Notes: generated by a model not told the origin, from the sequence alone. Positions 19,868-31,471 are shown, numbered from the stretch's first letter. The stretch is 64,000 nucleotides of DNA from Bdellovibrionales bacterium (GCA_041690295.1 JAWLHR010000016.1:1-64000); one strand, 5' to 3'. A program made the numbers and translations.

Positions 19868-21364
19868 GATCGTTTGGTGTTTAAAGTCCGTTCCGTCAAA
19901 GGTCACGATCTTGGGTTCTCCGTCGAGCACGGTGGCGACGGACACGGGGCGGGTCCAAATGGCGTAAATGTTCCGCATGGTGTCCTGCATGTAATCCGGT
20001 TGCATTTCAACGCCTTCATATAAGTGGCTCAGCAGTAGCTCTCCACGGTTATTATGATTGGAGTCCACCACCGAAATGATCGGCTGACCCAGGTTGGTCA
20101 ATTGAAACAAGAGTTTCTTTTTAATGGATTTAAAATCACGCGTATCAACTTCAAACTGGCCGGTGCGCTTATTGAATTTGTAGACGAACATTTTGTGGCG
20201 AACGCAAAATTCTTCGGTGAGAAATTCGTCGATGAACGTCACGTCGTTATAATGTTTGCGCACTTCGAAAATCTTCTCGCGGCCTAATCCCGTCTGCCGA
20301 TCCCAGTTCTTTTTGAATTCGAAGTCATCGCAGGTTTCCCATTCGCGCCCGAATTGGCCCTTGTTCCAGCGCTCTTCAATATCGCGAAAGAGTTCAATAC
20401 CGACTTTGTAGGGATTGAATCCGACCGGAGACATGGCCATCGTGCCGCTGTGACGGTCGGCGAAGTCAATGATCTCCGAATCGTTCATGATCTTCTCTGT
20501 GAGAATCTTTGAATGCCAGTACGACGCCCAACCCTCGTTCATAATTTTCGTCATCCCTTGTGGGGCGTAGTAGTACGCCTCTTCGCGGATGATCGAAAGG
20601 ACATCCTGCTGCCAGGGCTTGAGTGGAGCGTAATGCATGAGAAATCCGATCACGTCCCTTTCCGGCTTTTCCGGAAATATGGCGTTTCGCTGCTCTTCCT
20701 GACGTTTACGTTCCTGTTCCGCCAAAAACTCCGGCGGGTTGATGTACTTTTCCATGTACTGCCGATGCACCGGCAGCCGTCCTTCCCTGGGAGCGGGCGC
20801 CACGGTCTCTTCGTCGTAATCGGGCCTTTGCTGAATTTCCGGCATTCGGCCGCCCTTGGAATAGGGGGCGTAGCGATCGATCAGATTTTCGAGACTCAAA
20901 CACAAATCAATGAAGTTTTCGACCGTTTCCACACCGAACCGATCCATGTAGCGGCGCACACGCGTGGCGTGATTGGCCATGGCATCCATCATTTTGCGGT
21001 TGGTGGGCGAAAACCAGTAGTTGTTCTTGAAGAAGTCACAATGACCAAAAACATGCGCCATCACGAGTTTCTGATCCAGAAACTCGTTTCCTTCCATAAG
21101 GTAGGCGTAGCAGGGGTCATTGTTGATCACCAATTCGTAAATCTTCGAAAGCCCGTACTCATAGGATTTGGAGAGGGATTCGTACTCCATCCCAAAGCGC
21201 CAATGCGGATACCTCACCGGGAAGCCGCCATAGGCCGCGATCTGGTTCAGCTGATCATAAGTGACGAGCTCAAATACGGTCTCAAAGAAATCCAATCCTA
21301 CGGAGCGCGCCGCTTTCTCGATCTTGGCTCTTTCTCTTTCCAGTTCCAAAGTCAAATTGGCCAA
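19823..21364 (-). CDS. spoVR: SpoVR/YcgB family protein
   Basis: RYPHWRFG, IYELVINNDPCYAYL, TKIMNEGWASYWH. Confidence 0.95.
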   Translation of the reverse strand: MANLTLELERERAKIEKAARSVGLDFFETVFELVTYDQLNQIAAYGGFPVRYPHWRFGMEYESLSKSYEYGLSKIYELVINNDPCYAYLMEGNEFLDQKLVMAHVFGHCDFFKNNYWFSPTNRKMMDAMANHATRVRRYMDRFGVETVENFIDLCLSLENLIDRYAPYSKGGRMPEIQQRPDYDEETVAPAPREGRLPVHRQYMEKYINPPEFLAEQERKRQEEQRNAIFPEKPERDVIGFLMHYAPLKPWQQDVLSIIREEAYYYAPQGMTKIMNEGWASYWHSKILTEKIMNDSEIIDFADRHSGTMAMSPVGFNPYKVGIELFRDIEERWNKGQFGREWETCDDFEFKKNWDRQTGLGREKIFEVRKHYNDVTFIDEFLTEEFCVRHKMFVYKFNKRTGQFEVDTRDFKSIKKKLLFQLTNLGQPIISVVDSNHNNRGELLLSHLYEGVEMQPDYMQDTMRNIYAIWTRPVSVATVLDGEPKIVTFDGTDFKHQTISALPSEKETKPEKE

Positions 21365-21365
21365 C

Positions 21366-22463
21366 TCAACGCCCCTTCCCCAGGAAATCTTTAATGCTCT
21401 GGACGATCTTGTCCCGGTTTTCGACCCTGGAAATCACCAGCCGATCATCGTCAGGAAACGCCTTTTCCAAATCCTTCAGAAACTGCCCGCTGCCGTATTT
21501 GCTCTCCACCTGTCCATAACCAAACATGTTCACGTTGGGCAGAAAATATTCCTTGAGCAGCTTCACGCAAAGGCGGGTGTCTTCGCCGCTCCAATTATCA
21601 CCGTCACTGAAGTGGAAGGGATAAATGTTCCATTCGTTAAGCGGATACTCCTCATCAATGATCTTCTTACAAAGCTTGTAAGCCGAACTGATCAGCGTTC
21701 CGCCCGATTCACTGGTGGAAAAGAAGGTTTTCTCGTCGACTTCTTTGGCGGCCGCATCGTGGATAATGAACCGGGTCTCAAGGCCCTTGTAATTACGGCG
21801 CAGCCACGTGTTGATCCAAAAGCTTTCCAGGCGCACGATCTCTTTTTGCTCGTCCCCCATCGAACCTGACACGTCCATCATGTAGATCACGACGGCATTG
21901 GCTTGCGGTTTCACGGAATTGCGAAACGAGCGGAATCTCATATCGCGTTTGATGGGGACCACGATCGGATCTTCGGGATTGTAAGTTCCCGCCGCGATAT
22001 TGCGTTTGAGAGCTTCTTTGTAGCTGGCTTTAAAGTGCCTCAAGGAATCGGGACCCACATGGGCGCGGCCGGTGTATTTGGTTGAGCGCGACTCGATGGA
22101 TTTATGGCCTTTCGGTTGGATCCGCGGAAGTTCCAACTCCTCGCCGAGGATATCCGCCAGCTCTTCAAGCGTGACGTCGGCCTCGAGCATGTGTTCGCCC
22201 GGCATGTCGCCGGCTTGGCCTTGACCCGGCTGCTGATCGCCCTCAACGGCGTCACCCGATTGGCCTTGGCCCTGGCCGACACCGCCGGATTGCTTGGGTC
22301 CATATTTGAATTTGGGAACATCGATGGAGGGAATGGGAATTTTCACGTAGTCATTTTCACGCTTACCGATCATCTCGCCATGCGTGACGTACTTTTTGAA
22401 ATTCTGTTTGATCCGTCCGCGAACTATGTCGCGGAAGCGGCTATGGTCTTCACGTATTCCCAT
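21366..22463 (-). CDS. YeaH/YhbH (DUF444) vWA-domain protein
   Basis: [25 protein letters not shown]; between prkA and spoVR. Confidence 0.93.
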   Translation of the reverse strand: MGIREDHSRFRDIVRGRIKQNFKKYVTHGEMIGKRENDYVKIPIPSIDVPKFKYGPKQSGGVGQGQGQSGDAVEGDQQPGQGQAGDMPGEHMLEADVTLEELADILGEELELPRIQPKGHKSIESRSTKYTGRAHVGPDSLRHFKASYKEALKRNIAAGTYNPEDPIVVPIKRDMRFRSFRNSVKPQANAVVIYMMDVSGSMGDEQKEIVRLESFWINTWLRRNYKGLETRFIIHDAAAKEVDEKTFFSTSESGGTLISSAYKLCKKIIDEEYPLNEWNIYPFHFSDGDNWSGEDTRLCVKLLKEYFLPNVNMFGYGQVESKYGSGQFLKDLEKAFPDDDRLVISRVENRDKIVQSIKDFLGKGR

Positions 22464-24551
22464 TTACTTCTTATCTTTCACGTCCCCCCGGGCAAAGATG
22501 CTTGCCACATAGTGAAGCACATCCGTGGCCGAGATTTCGTCATAGCCGAATTCTTTGATGAGCCGGGTTTTAACGATCTCGATTTTTTCTTGCGTGTCCT
22601 TGTCCACCACACTGGACACAAGACTGGTCAGCTTGATCGAATCTTTTTGATCTTCGAACAGCTTCAATTCCAGAGCCTTATGCAACCGCTCATTGGTTTT
22701 GTAATCGAACTTCTTGCCGTCGAGCGAAAGCGCGCCGATGTAGTTCATGATCTCACGGCGGAAATCATCTTTGCGTGACTCGGGAATCTCGATCTTCTCC
22801 TCGATCGAACGCATCAGCCGCTCATCGGGCTCCTCATCAACCCCGGTGAACTGATTGCGCACGCGTTCTTTTTGCGTGTAGGCCTTCACGTTGTCGATAT
22901 AGTTCGCGCAGAGGCGATGGAGCGCGCTTTCATCCGCCGAAATCGCGCGTTGAACCTCGGACTTGATGATCTCTTCGTACTCCTGCTTCACCACGCTCAG
23001 CAGTTCGCGATAGTCCTGCTTCACTTCCTCGCTGGCCAGAAGCGAGTGATGCTTAAGACCCGCCTCAAGCTCATTCAGCACCATGAAGGGATTCACCGAA
23101 CCCCGGTTCATCTGCTGGGCCATGACGATACTGTTGGACAGTTTATCCTGAATATAGCGCGGGGAAATTCCGTCAAGACCTTCTCTTTTGGTCTCTTTCC
23201 GCAATTCCTTCACGTTATCTTCAGTGAAGTTGGGTAGTGATTTACCGTCATAGAGTTTTAATTTCTGTAACCGGGTCAGATTGGCTTTCTTAGGTTTTTC
23301 CAATCGGGTTAACACGGCCCACATGGCCGCCATTTCAATGGTGTGAGGCGCGATGCTCACGCCACGGAGGATTTTGCTGTTGAAATCCTTCTGATAAATC
23401 TTCTTCTCATCACGAAGCTTGGTAATGTACGGGATGTCGATCTTCACCGTCCGGTCGCGCAAAGCTTCCATGAACTCATTGTCCTGAAGTTTGCGATACT
23501 CCGGTTCGTTGGTGTGACCGATAATCACTTCGTCGATGTGAGTCTGGGCGAATTTCTTCGGCTTGATCCGGTGCTCTTGCGAGGCGCCCAAGAGATCGTA
23601 CAAGAACGCCACATCCAGCTTGAGCACCTCGACGAATTCGATCATTCCGCGATTGGCGACGTTAAACTCACCGTCGAAGTTGAAAGCGCGGGGATCCGAA
23701 TCGGATCCGTATTCGGCAATTTTTCGATAATTCAAATCACCGGTCAGTTCGGTGCTGTCCTGGTTCTTTTCATCTTTGGGCTGAAACGTTCCGATACCGA
23801 TCCGATCGGCTTCGGACAAGATCAATCGCTTGACCCGCACATGTTGCAACACCTTGGTGATGTCGCCGTGATAACGCTCCATCAGCTGACGGAAGATGAA
23901 ACGGCTCGGCGGACAAAGTTCGCCGGTGACATTCACGCGGAAATCGCCCTTTGCGCCGCGATTCAGTTCATCAAACAACGGCTGGCGCATTTCGGGCGGA
24001 ATGATCAAGAGGGGCTCTTCATGCATCGGGCTCGGAAACACGCGGCAGTCTTTACCGAAAATGTCCGCATGCTCGCCGGCTTCATCCACCCATTCGAAGG
24101 TGTACATGGCGCCGCTCGGGCTTTTTGAGTAGCGCTCAACTCCTTGTTTCAGCAAACGGCAAATGGTTGATTTCGCCGAACCCACCGGTCCGTGAAGAAG
24201 GATCACCCGCTTTTCCGTTCCATATCCGAGCGCCGCCGAGCGGAGCACGTTGACGAGTTTCATCAACGGAATGTCGCAACCGTAAACCGCGTCTTTTCCG
24301 TCGTTGTCTTCGTCGTCAAAGAATTTGTAGTGGATGATTTGTTTTTTTACGTCGATGTATTCGGTGGTGCCCTTCTCCATGATCATGTCGTACATGCGCT
24401 GGAAGGCATTTCGGGTCACCTTCGGATTTTCACGAACCAGGTTCAGATAATCGTTGAAGCTTCCCGACCAACTCAGATCTTGATACCGGTTTTCGTTCTG
24501 AAGGTTCCGGATCAAATCTGTAAAGTCAGTTCGGCCAGAATCCATAGCCAT
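22464..24551 (-). CDS. prkA: PrkA/YeaG family AAA serine protein kinase
   Basis: [37 protein letters not shown] 24551 follows GGAGG. Confidence 0.95.
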   Translation of the reverse strand: MAMDSGRTDFTDLIRNLQNENRYQDLSWSGSFNDYLNLVRENPKVTRNAFQRMYDMIMEKGTTEYIDVKKQIIHYKFFDDEDNDGKDAVYGCDIPLMKLVNVLRSAALGYGTEKRVILLHGPVGSAKSTICRLLKQGVERYSKSPSGAMYTFEWVDEAGEHADIFGKDCRVFPSPMHEEPLLIIPPEMRQPLFDELNRGAKGDFRVNVTGELCPPSRFIFRQLMERYHGDITKVLQHVRVKRLILSEADRIGIGTFQPKDEKNQDSTELTGDLNYRKIAEYGSDSDPRAFNFDGEFNVANRGMIEFVEVLKLDVAFLYDLLGASQEHRIKPKKFAQTHIDEVIIGHTNEPEYRKLQDNEFMEALRDRTVKIDIPYITKLRDEKKIYQKDFNSKILRGVSIAPHTIEMAAMWAVLTRLEKPKKANLTRLQKLKLYDGKSLPNFTEDNVKELRKETKREGLDGISPRYIQDKLSNSIVMAQQMNRGSVNPFMVLNELEAGLKHHSLLASEEVKQDYRELLSVVKQEYEEIIKSEVQRAISADESALHRLCANYIDNVKAYTQKERVRNQFTGVDEEPDERLMRSIEEKIEIPESRKDDFRREIMNYIGALSLDGKKFDYKTNERLHKALELKLFEDQKDSIKLTSLVSSVVDKDTQEKIEIVKTRLIKEFGYDEISATDVLHYVASIFARGDVKDKK

Positions 24552-24708
24552 TGCGCCTCCCAGGACTGAAGGACCATTCCTTACTAAATTATCTTTGAAA
24601 ACCGCCGTTTCAGCAATGAGCAATCCGGTTAATCTGACTCATTGATAGACGTCTCAGTCTGAATCTGCTGGACGGCCCTTCTGAGAAGCGAATTACGCCG
24701 GGTTGAAG

Positions 24709-25326
24709 TTATCGCACTCGAAGCTTTTGATATCCAGCCGGAGCTTCTAACACGAATAAATTTTTTCTATCCTCGACCTTGGCCTTGAAAGACTGGATGT
24801 TGATCTGAACCGAACCCTTGGGATGCTCCAGGTTTATGGTCTTCTTGGGGCCCAGACGCTGGCTCCACTCGATCTTGAGTCCCGTCACGCTGTCGGAGCA
24901 GTTCTTCATCAAACCATTCGCGTCCGCGGTGCAGGTCCACGATTTGTCGGTCAGCGGCATGTCGAACAGGATATTTTGGATCCAGCGCGGGTCGAAGGGG
25001 ACCGCTAAAATGGGCCGCATGACGTCGACCTGCGGCTTACCAAAGTAAAACCGTTTGGAATCAAACAAGATATATCGAACCTCATCGCTGTCGGCCAAAA
25101 GGGACGCCACTCCGGTACCAAGCGCATTCGTCACGTCCATACGTGATTTGGTGCCCTTCACCAAATTGAAGTTGATGTTCACGATGTACGATCGGGATTG
25201 TTCTTTGTCGCGAATCAACGCCCGCGCGCGCCAATTGCCCTCTTGAACGGAGTCCATTTTCATCGGTTTACTGGCGCATCCGACGAGACCCACCACTGCT
25301 GCCAAAACAAGTAGACGTGTTTTCAT
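24709..25326 (-). CDS. Outer membrane lipoprotein, LolB/DUF4292-like
   Basis: Lipobox LVGC, beta-rich ~200 aa, directly downstream of a TPR lipoprotein as in TPR-lolB loci. Confidence 0.55.
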   Translation of the reverse strand: MKTRLLVLAAVVGLVGCASKPMKMDSVQEGNWRARALIRDKEQSRSYIVNINFNLVKGTKSRMDVTNALGTGVASLLADSDEVRYILFDSKRFYFGKPQVDVMRPILAVPFDPRWIQNILFDMPLTDKSWTCTADANGLMKNCSDSVTGLKIEWSQRLGPKKTINLEHPKGSVQINIQSFKAKVEDRKNLFVLEAPAGYQKLRVR

Positions 25327-25367
25327 GTAACTACGATTTAATCGAGGATTTGGGGACCAGTCAAAAC

Positions 25368-27254
25368 CTACTGCGCCGGAGTGGGCCCGGGAATTGAGGC
25401 CGGGCTGCGTGCGGGAATCTGAACCTGGCGTTCCACATTGGCGATTTTTTCGAGAATTTTCTGATTGCGTGTGCTGTCGTCTTCGAGTTCAGCGGCTTTT
25501 CGATACATTTCTTGGGCTTTTTTCCACATTTGGTGACGGAGATAGGCGTCGCCCAGATGCTCGGCAATCACGGCCTCGTCGGACTTGGCTTTGTAGGCCG
25601 CCTCCAAATACTTGATCGCATCTTCGATCGCACCCCGTTTGAAGTGGATCCAGCCCACTGTATCGAGAATATAACCATCATTGGGCTGCATATCGAGAGC
25701 GCGCACCGCCAGAGCATAGGCTTCATCAAGGTTCTTGCCGGCTTCCGCATAGGTGTAGGCCAGGTAGTTGAGGGCTTGAACATGGTCTTTATCCAGCTCC
25801 AGCACCTTGATCATCTGTGCGATGGTGTTATCCGCATTTCCCGTACGGTCGTACATGGTTCCTAAGAAAAAGTGCAGTTGCGTGTTGTTGGGGAATTTGG
25901 CGACCGCATCACTCAACATGGCCAACGCCCGTTTGTATTCTTTTTGCTCATCGAGCAATGTGGCGAAGTAAGCGTATAATTGCGGATTGCTATCGTCCTT
26001 CTTAATCGCGTCTTCAACCAGAGCGATGGCTTTATCCATTTGCCCCTTGGTTTTAAGAATGTGCGCCGCATGAACCACGGCTTCGGCGAAATAAGAGCTT
26101 CCCTGGGTGATGGCCTGATAATTCATGAGCGCGAGGTCGGGTTTGTTGATCTCTTCATAAACCGCGCCCAAATAATATCGGACCTTATCGGATTCCGGGG
26201 CCTGCAAGAGAACATCCTCGAGACGGGCGGCCGCCGCTTCAAACCGTTTCAGCTCAATCAAAATCAGTGAAATCTGAATTTTCACGTTCAGGTTGTCGCG
26301 CTCGAAACCGTCAACCAGCTCAAGTTGCTCAAGAGCGTTGGGCCAGTCTTCCCGTTCCAGATAATAATGGCTCAGAATTCTCGACATTTCGCGCTCCGGC
26401 CCGAACTTCTCCTGATAAGTGCGGAGCAATTTCTCCATTTGATAGTCCTTGCCTTCGGCGCGCAAAAGCATGGCCAGGGCCAACGCGGCCTCGGAAAACT
26501 GGGGTTTGATTTTCAGGGCTTTATTGAGAGCCTTTTCAGCTTCGGCATATTTCGATTGGCCCTGCTCGGCCAACACACGGCCGATGTAGTAGTGGGCGCG
26601 CTCCGGCTCCTTAAAATTCGGATTCTTCGTGAGGCGCTCGAAATAAGTGATCGACTCATCGTATTTTCGTTCTTCGGCCAGAAGCGCGCCTAGAAAAATG
26701 GCCGCTTCCGCATTGGTCTCATCAATCTTGAGAATTTCCTCGAACTGCTTTCGCGCGGGTTCGAACATTTTCAACCCGGCATAGAGGCCTCCCAAAAGGC
26801 GGCGCGACTCGACATTTTCCGGCGCCATTTCTACGGCGATTTCCGCTTGCTCAATGGCCTCCGTCACCATTCCCGCCCGCACGTATTCTTGCGCCAAACG
26901 CTGACGGACCAGAATCGACTTGGGATCGTAGATCAGAGTGAGCTTGAACTCTTCGATGGCTTTCGTGGTCTGACCCGCGAAGCTCAAGGTTTCACCCATG
27001 GTGAAGTGAAAGTCCGCCTGACTTGCCAGATGCGTGTTGTCTAACACCGGATTTCCGGAACTATCGTAGTTGGGGGGCGATAGAATTTTGGGAGCCGGGT
27101 TAAGGTTGGATAACGTGGAATCACGCACGGTGGATAAGCCAGCCCGTTGCCCAATGCTTGCGCACGCCGTGAGAGCCAAAACAGCCCCCATTCCCCCGAG
27201 CTGAGGGAGTATTTTTTTCCATAACGGTGCTTTAGGCATAAGCCGCCATCCCAT
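25368..27254 (-). CDS. Tetratricopeptide repeat lipoprotein
   Basis: Lipobox LTAC, many TPRs, ALNYLAYTYA, ILDTVGW, IAEHLGDAY. Confidence 0.9.
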   Translation of the reverse strand: MGWRLMPKAPLWKKILPQLGGMGAVLALTACASIGQRAGLSTVRDSTLSNLNPAPKILSPPNYDSSGNPVLDNTHLASQADFHFTMGETLSFAGQTTKAIEEFKLTLIYDPKSILVRQRLAQEYVRAGMVTEAIEQAEIAVEMAPENVESRRLLGGLYAGLKMFEPARKQFEEILKIDETNAEAAIFLGALLAEERKYDESITYFERLTKNPNFKEPERAHYYIGRVLAEQGQSKYAEAEKALNKALKIKPQFSEAALALAMLLRAEGKDYQMEKLLRTYQEKFGPEREMSRILSHYYLEREDWPNALEQLELVDGFERDNLNVKIQISLILIELKRFEAAAARLEDVLLQAPESDKVRYYLGAVYEEINKPDLALMNYQAITQGSSYFAEAVVHAAHILKTKGQMDKAIALVEDAIKKDDSNPQLYAYFATLLDEQKEYKRALAMLSDAVAKFPNNTQLHFFLGTMYDRTGNADNTIAQMIKVLELDKDHVQALNYLAYTYAEAGKNLDEAYALAVRALDMQPNDGYILDTVGWIHFKRGAIEDAIKYLEAAYKAKSDEAVIAEHLGDAYLRHQMWKKAQEMYRKAAELEDDSTRNQKILEKIANVERQVQIPARSPASIPGPTPAQ

Positions 27255-27540
27255 GTATGAAAATCGGATTAATTGCGCCGAAGCTTGATTAAATCGGGGG
27301 GTAAAATGGTCTAGTTTCGGCCCGCTCGAGAGAGGTCGCCTGTTTTCAATAACCTGTGTGATTATAATAACTTATAATTGATATTAGGTGAAATTTGGTG
27401 AAATCTGGACTGAGTCATCAATCCCGATTAATCCGACGCGTTAACCAGATTCCGAAGGGCATTGTGTCTTCACATGGTGGAGTCCAATGGCACAAGGTGT
27501 CTTAGTTCTTGAATTTATTGAAAGAGTGCCCGTGGTCCGC

Positions 27541-27570
27541 TTGACAAGCTGTGGCGGGCGAGAATACGTT
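27541..27570 (+). promoter_or_regulatory. Putative sigma70 promoter for the phaR-like gene
   Basis: TTGACA-N18-TACGTT, about 40 bp before the start. Confidence 0.4.
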
Positions 27571-27611
27571 GGCCCCAGTTTCCAGAGGGAGTCATTTTCT
27601 AGAGGGAGGCT

Positions 27612-28145
27612 TTGGTGAACCAAGAAATGATGACAAACAGGCCTAACGCGAAGACCAAAATCATTAAACGTTATCAAAACCGCAAACTTTATGACACACA
27701 ACAGAGCTGCTACGTCACGTTGGACGACATCGCGAAAATGATTCGCTCCAGCGAAGATGTGATGGTGATCGACAATAAGACGAAAAACGACATCACCGCC
27801 GCGACGTTGACGCAGATTATTTTTGAGTCGGAAAAGAAAGCATCCCAATATGCTCCTCTCTTCACGCTCAGAGAAATCATTCAGAATGGTAACGGAAGCA
27901 TTTCAAGCTACCTCGCTAAATTAGGCGCGTTCCCGCTTGATTATGCTGAGAAACAAGCTCAAGCGCAGATGGAAGCCGCGCAAAAGCTCGAGAGCGGTAA
28001 AACATCTTATGACGATATGAAAAAATCGCTCGATGAGCGTGTTGCTTCCGCCGCCAGTGCCGCCACGGCCGCTAAGGATTTGGAACGTGGATTTGGCAAT
28101 GATTTGCCGGATCTTCCCAACTCCAATCGTAGTCTCGGTAACTAA
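27612..28145 (+). CDS. PhaR-like regulator (PHA synthesis regulator DNA-binding domain)
   Basis: IIKRYQNRKLYDTQQSCYVTLDDI...DITAATLTQII. Confidence 0.88.
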   Translation: MVNQEMMTNRPNAKTKIIKRYQNRKLYDTQQSCYVTLDDIAKMIRSSEDVMVIDNKTKNDITAATLTQIIFESEKKASQYAPLFTLREIIQNGNGSISSYLAKLGAFPLDYAEKQAQAQMEAAQKLESGKTSYDDMKKSLDERVASAASAATAAKDLERGFGNDLPDLPNSNRSLGN

Positions 28146-28184
28146 TTGATCGCGAGGGCGTACGTTCCGTACGCCTCAGCGCAC

Positions 28185-29405
28185 CTACTGAAAAGATCTC
28201 CAGTTAATAAAAGTTTTTTTGCGGGCTTTGACCTCAATGCTTTGCCATTCGCTTTCCTCGCCCGATGGACTCCCTTGAGCCGTTAATCCCACCATGCGCA
28301 CGCGATAGGTCCCAGGTTTCAATCGCACCTTGGCCACTTGGAAACTCGAAGGAAGGCTGCTCCACTGCCGCAAATCCGCCTGGTCCGCGATATTCATCCC
28401 GATCCACGCTAAATCGCCCAAGAGCTGATTTCGTTGGCGAATCTGATCCGCCGCCACGGCTTTCGCCACCAAACCCGCCATGCGTGAGGCAATCAGACCG
28501 GCGTATTGATCATCCAGAGTTTTGATCGCCACTTCGGTGACGTCGGAAACCAATTGAGTTGTCTCACTCGGACCGCTTTCAACTTCAAGGCGGGCGGCGG
28601 TCGTTAAATTGAACGTTCGATAAAGCTTCGGCACCCGAGGGAAGTCCGGGTGAGGCCGCTTCACCGGCCCCCATCCCTGTTGATAAACCAAAATCACTTC
28701 GCCCAACTCTTTGAGATTGGCCGGCTCGATGCCAGGAAATTGTTTGCGCCATTTTTTAAGCTCGTCTTCACGACGGGCGTTGCGTGCGGCGCGGATCAAA
28801 TCTTCCTTCAAATAGGAAACATTGGGATTCAAATCATAGGCTCTCTTGAAATCAATATACGCGCTATCCCAGTTGCGGTTGGCTTCCCAGATCAAGGCCG
28901 ACAGGTAAAACGCGAAGGGATTTTGTTCGTAATTCTTTTTCCCTTCGAAGCGGAATTTATAAAGTTTGTCGTTCAACTTTCGCGTTTCAACCTGCGCGGC
29001 TTCGAGGTTTCCTTCGGAGAGAAAGTTGATTGCGAGCATGGCGTTGATCAATACTTTCTCGAAATCATCGCCTTTGTATTGAACCATTCCCTGACTGAGT
29101 AAAAGGGCGCCGGTTTCACGGGAAAGCGAAGTGTAATCTTTGATATCCGTCAGTTCTTCGGCTTTGAGAAAGGCCTTGGTACTCTCGTCGTAATTCTTGG
29201 CGAGCTGCTGGGCGGTGGCGTACTCCAGAAGGTAGACCACCTGATCGTCGCCCTCGGTATAAGCTTTTTGCTGCACTTTCTCCGCGGCGGCGACCGCCTG
29301 TCCCCGCTTGAGGAGCCCGCGGTATTCGTAGGTTTTACTCTGGTAAGAGGCGCAGCCGCAAAGAAAGATCAATACGCCTGCGACCGAAAATAGACGCAGG
29401 CTCAT
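28185..29405 (-). CDS. COG3014-family lipoprotein
   Basis: Lipobox LCGC, YKGDDFEK, ADLRQWSSLP; adjacent to lpoB. Confidence 0.8.
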   Translation of the reverse strand: MSLRLFSVAGVLIFLCGCASYQSKTYEYRGLLKRGQAVAAAEKVQQKAYTEGDDQVVYLLEYATAQQLAKNYDESTKAFLKAEELTDIKDYTSLSRETGALLLSQGMVQYKGDDFEKVLINAMLAINFLSEGNLEAAQVETRKLNDKLYKFRFEGKKNYEQNPFAFYLSALIWEANRNWDSAYIDFKRAYDLNPNVSYLKEDLIRAARNARREDELKKWRKQFPGIEPANLKELGEVILVYQQGWGPVKRPHPDFPRVPKLYRTFNLTTAARLEVESGPSETTQLVSDVTEVAIKTLDDQYAGLIASRMAGLVAKAVAADQIRQRNQLLGDLAWIGMNIADQADLRQWSSLPSSFQVAKVRLKPGTYRVRMVGLTAQGSPSGEESEWQSIEVKARKKTFINWRSFQ

Positions 29406-29408
29406 TGA

Positions 29409-30008
29409 TTAAAGACCTACTCTTCTCTTCTTATAGATTTTTCGGATCTGCTTTTGGTCGGTCCACTGAATCAGACCGGTTTTCAGATTCGTCAGGTTCA
29501 TCGTCAGTTTGTAATAAACCGTTTTATCTTTGCCGGCCTCTTGCACGATGGAATCCAAGCGGCCGTTCATGATGAAATCGGCGCCGACCTGGCCACCTTT
29601 GGTCTTTTTGGTTTCACGGGAAACCATACCGGAATCCTGGTAGTCATATTCCTCGGCGATATCTTCCCGTGCCGCTTTATCGACAAAGGTGACTTTTCCC
29701 GTGCGCATCAGCTCCACCGTGAACATGTCGGTCACGCTTTGGGTGTCGATGTGTTCGCTGGTTTTATTCTGCAAGCGAGTCACCATCACAATCGGTGGGC
29801 GGTTGGCGTTGGCGATCGCCGGATGGCTAACCGCGCTTTGCACAAGATCCCTTACCGCTTGCTGCATGTCTGTTTCAGACCATTTGTCGGTTAACAGATT
29901 CGTGCTTTCAACATTCTCGTCGTATTCACCTTTGACGAATTGGCGAGGACCGCACCCGATCATAGTAATAAGCAAAGTGAGTCCCAATAAATGAATCATA
30001 TGCTTCAT
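29409..30008 (-). CDS. lpoB: Penicillin-binding protein activator LpoB family lipoprotein
   Basis: Lipobox MIGC, NKTSEHIDT, GADF, YYKLTMNLTNLKTGLIQW. Confidence 0.85.
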   Translation of the reverse strand: MKHMIHLLGLTLLITMIGCGPRQFVKGEYDENVESTNLLTDKWSETDMQQAVRDLVQSAVSHPAIANANRPPIVMVTRLQNKTSEHIDTQSVTDMFTVELMRTGKVTFVDKAAREDIAEEYDYQDSGMVSRETKKTKGGQVGADFIMNGRLDSIVQEAGKDKTVYYKLTMNLTNLKTGLIQWTDQKQIRKIYKKRRVGL

Positions 30009-30087
30009 GAGATGCCTCCCGAGCCGTTATATTAGGGGGAGAGGAGGCGATGGCGCAACAGAACGCCTCGGGGCACGGCGGCGCTGA

Positions 30088-30765
30088 TTAATCGCCCTGG
30101 CGGGCGAGCCGTTCCAAGACCTTATCGATGTCTATTTTGCGATTTTGATTAATGCGGCGAACGCCGGTGACGACCAGGTTTTGATCCAATTCAACCTCGT
30201 AGCCACGCTCATAGGCGTCCCGAATAAACGTTTTTACGAAATGAAGACGCTCCGCCCTCTCCTGCTCATTGAGCCACTTACGATTGGCGAGACGGGCGTT
30301 GATTTTCTCTTCAGGAAAGAAATCCGAGTATCCTGACTTTTCCCCATTCAATTCTTCGTAGATGCGTTCGATGGTGGTGTCCTGATCGAGTTGAACACCG
30401 TAGGAGCGACCGCTTCTATCATCCCATGAGGGGACAGGGGTCAACTGCGTCAATTTCGTTTCGGAAAGACGCAGGTTTTCAATTTCGCGCTGCCGCCGCA
30501 TCATCTCTTCGCGGAGATGGGAGTCTTGGATGTGCTGACTGATCGCCGCGCCGATGGCGGCGTTAGTCCGTGACGGATCCGCCGGCTGCGAAGGGCGCCA
30601 GTTTTCCACGAGCGCGAGCGCGCCGATCAGCACACTCACCGAGAGCAAGGCCACACCCCAAAGGCGGCCGAAAGATTTACGACGAGGTTGGACCTCTTTC
30701 TTGGCCGGAGGTTTCTCTCCGGTCCTCGGCAATGTTCTAATTTGATAATTTGACTGCGAAGCCAT
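30088..30765 (-). CDS. Hypothetical single-pass membrane protein
   Basis: One TM near the N-terminus, GAGGT SD, upstream sigma54-type promoter. Confidence 0.7.
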   Translation of the reverse strand: MASQSNYQIRTLPRTGEKPPAKKEVQPRRKSFGRLWGVALLSVSVLIGALALVENWRPSQPADPSRTNAAIGAAISQHIQDSHLREEMMRRQREIENLRLSETKLTQLTPVPSWDDRSGRSYGVQLDQDTTIERIYEELNGEKSGYSDFFPEEKINARLANRKWLNEQERAERLHFVKTFIRDAYERGYEVELDQNLVVTGVRRINQNRKIDIDKVLERLARQGD

Positions 30766-30787
30766 ACCTCACCTGCGCTTTTATTAA

Positions 30788-30802
30788 GCAAGTCAAAGGC
30801 CA
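30788..30802 (-). promoter_or_regulatory. Sigma54 (-24/-12) promoter
   Basis: Minus strand TGGCCTTTGACTTGC (GG-N10-GC), 23 bp upstream of ATG 30765. Confidence 0.65.
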
Positions 30803-30998
30803 ACCATGGCCCGGTGGCGACTTGAAAGCATCGAAAAGAGAGCGGGTTCTCGAAATGAGACGTTTAATGTTTTTACACGTGCAAACAGGCTATTTTTAAA
30901 ATCCGGCTTGGCAATTTTTCACAACGTATCCCGTTTTTGACTCCCCCACCGTTTGAATCTCAAATCGAGCAACAAACCGAACCAAAAGGGGGATTGCT

Positions 30999-31445
30999 AT
31001 GCGATTTTTCGCAATGCTGGCTTTCATGTTTTCAACGGTGGCTTATGCGAACTGTCCTGAATTGTCCGGGACTTACCAATGTACCTACGCGAATTCACCG
31101 GGCGTCACTGAAGTGATTACGGTCGGCCAAGAAATTAAAGACGGCATCACCATTTACAATTACAACGGGCAGGAATTTCCGGCGGACAACATCGATTATT
31201 CGATTCCCGACGACGATTATCATTTAACCGGCGGCAAGTTCCGTGCTTGGTGCGAAGAATTAACCGTCAAAGGCAAGCTGACGGGTCAAGCCATGCACGA
31301 CGGGGATCACATCGGCGATTTGGATCTGAACATGACGATTTCCAAGACGGACAACGTTCTTAAATCCATCATCGAAGGCACAATGACCACTCGCGAGGGT
31401 GGCGTCATTCCTCTTCGAGAGGAAATTACTTGCACCATTCAATAA
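30999..31445 (+). CDS. Secreted beta-rich hypothetical protein
   Basis: Signal peptide AYA|NCPELSGTYQC, four Cys, good SD. Confidence 0.75.
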   Translation: MRFFAMLAFMFSTVAYANCPELSGTYQCTYANSPGVTEVITVGQEIKDGITIYNYNGQEFPADNIDYSIPDDDYHLTGGKFRAWCEELTVKGKLTGQAMHDGDHIGDLDLNMTISKTDNVLKSIIEGTMTTREGGVIPLREEITCTIQ

Positions 31446-31471
31446 TTCGTTAATGAATCAGTTCACCAAAC

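Noticed and set aside
19823..24551. prkA-yeaH-spoVR as a novel system
   Set aside because: Well-known, widespread three-gene module
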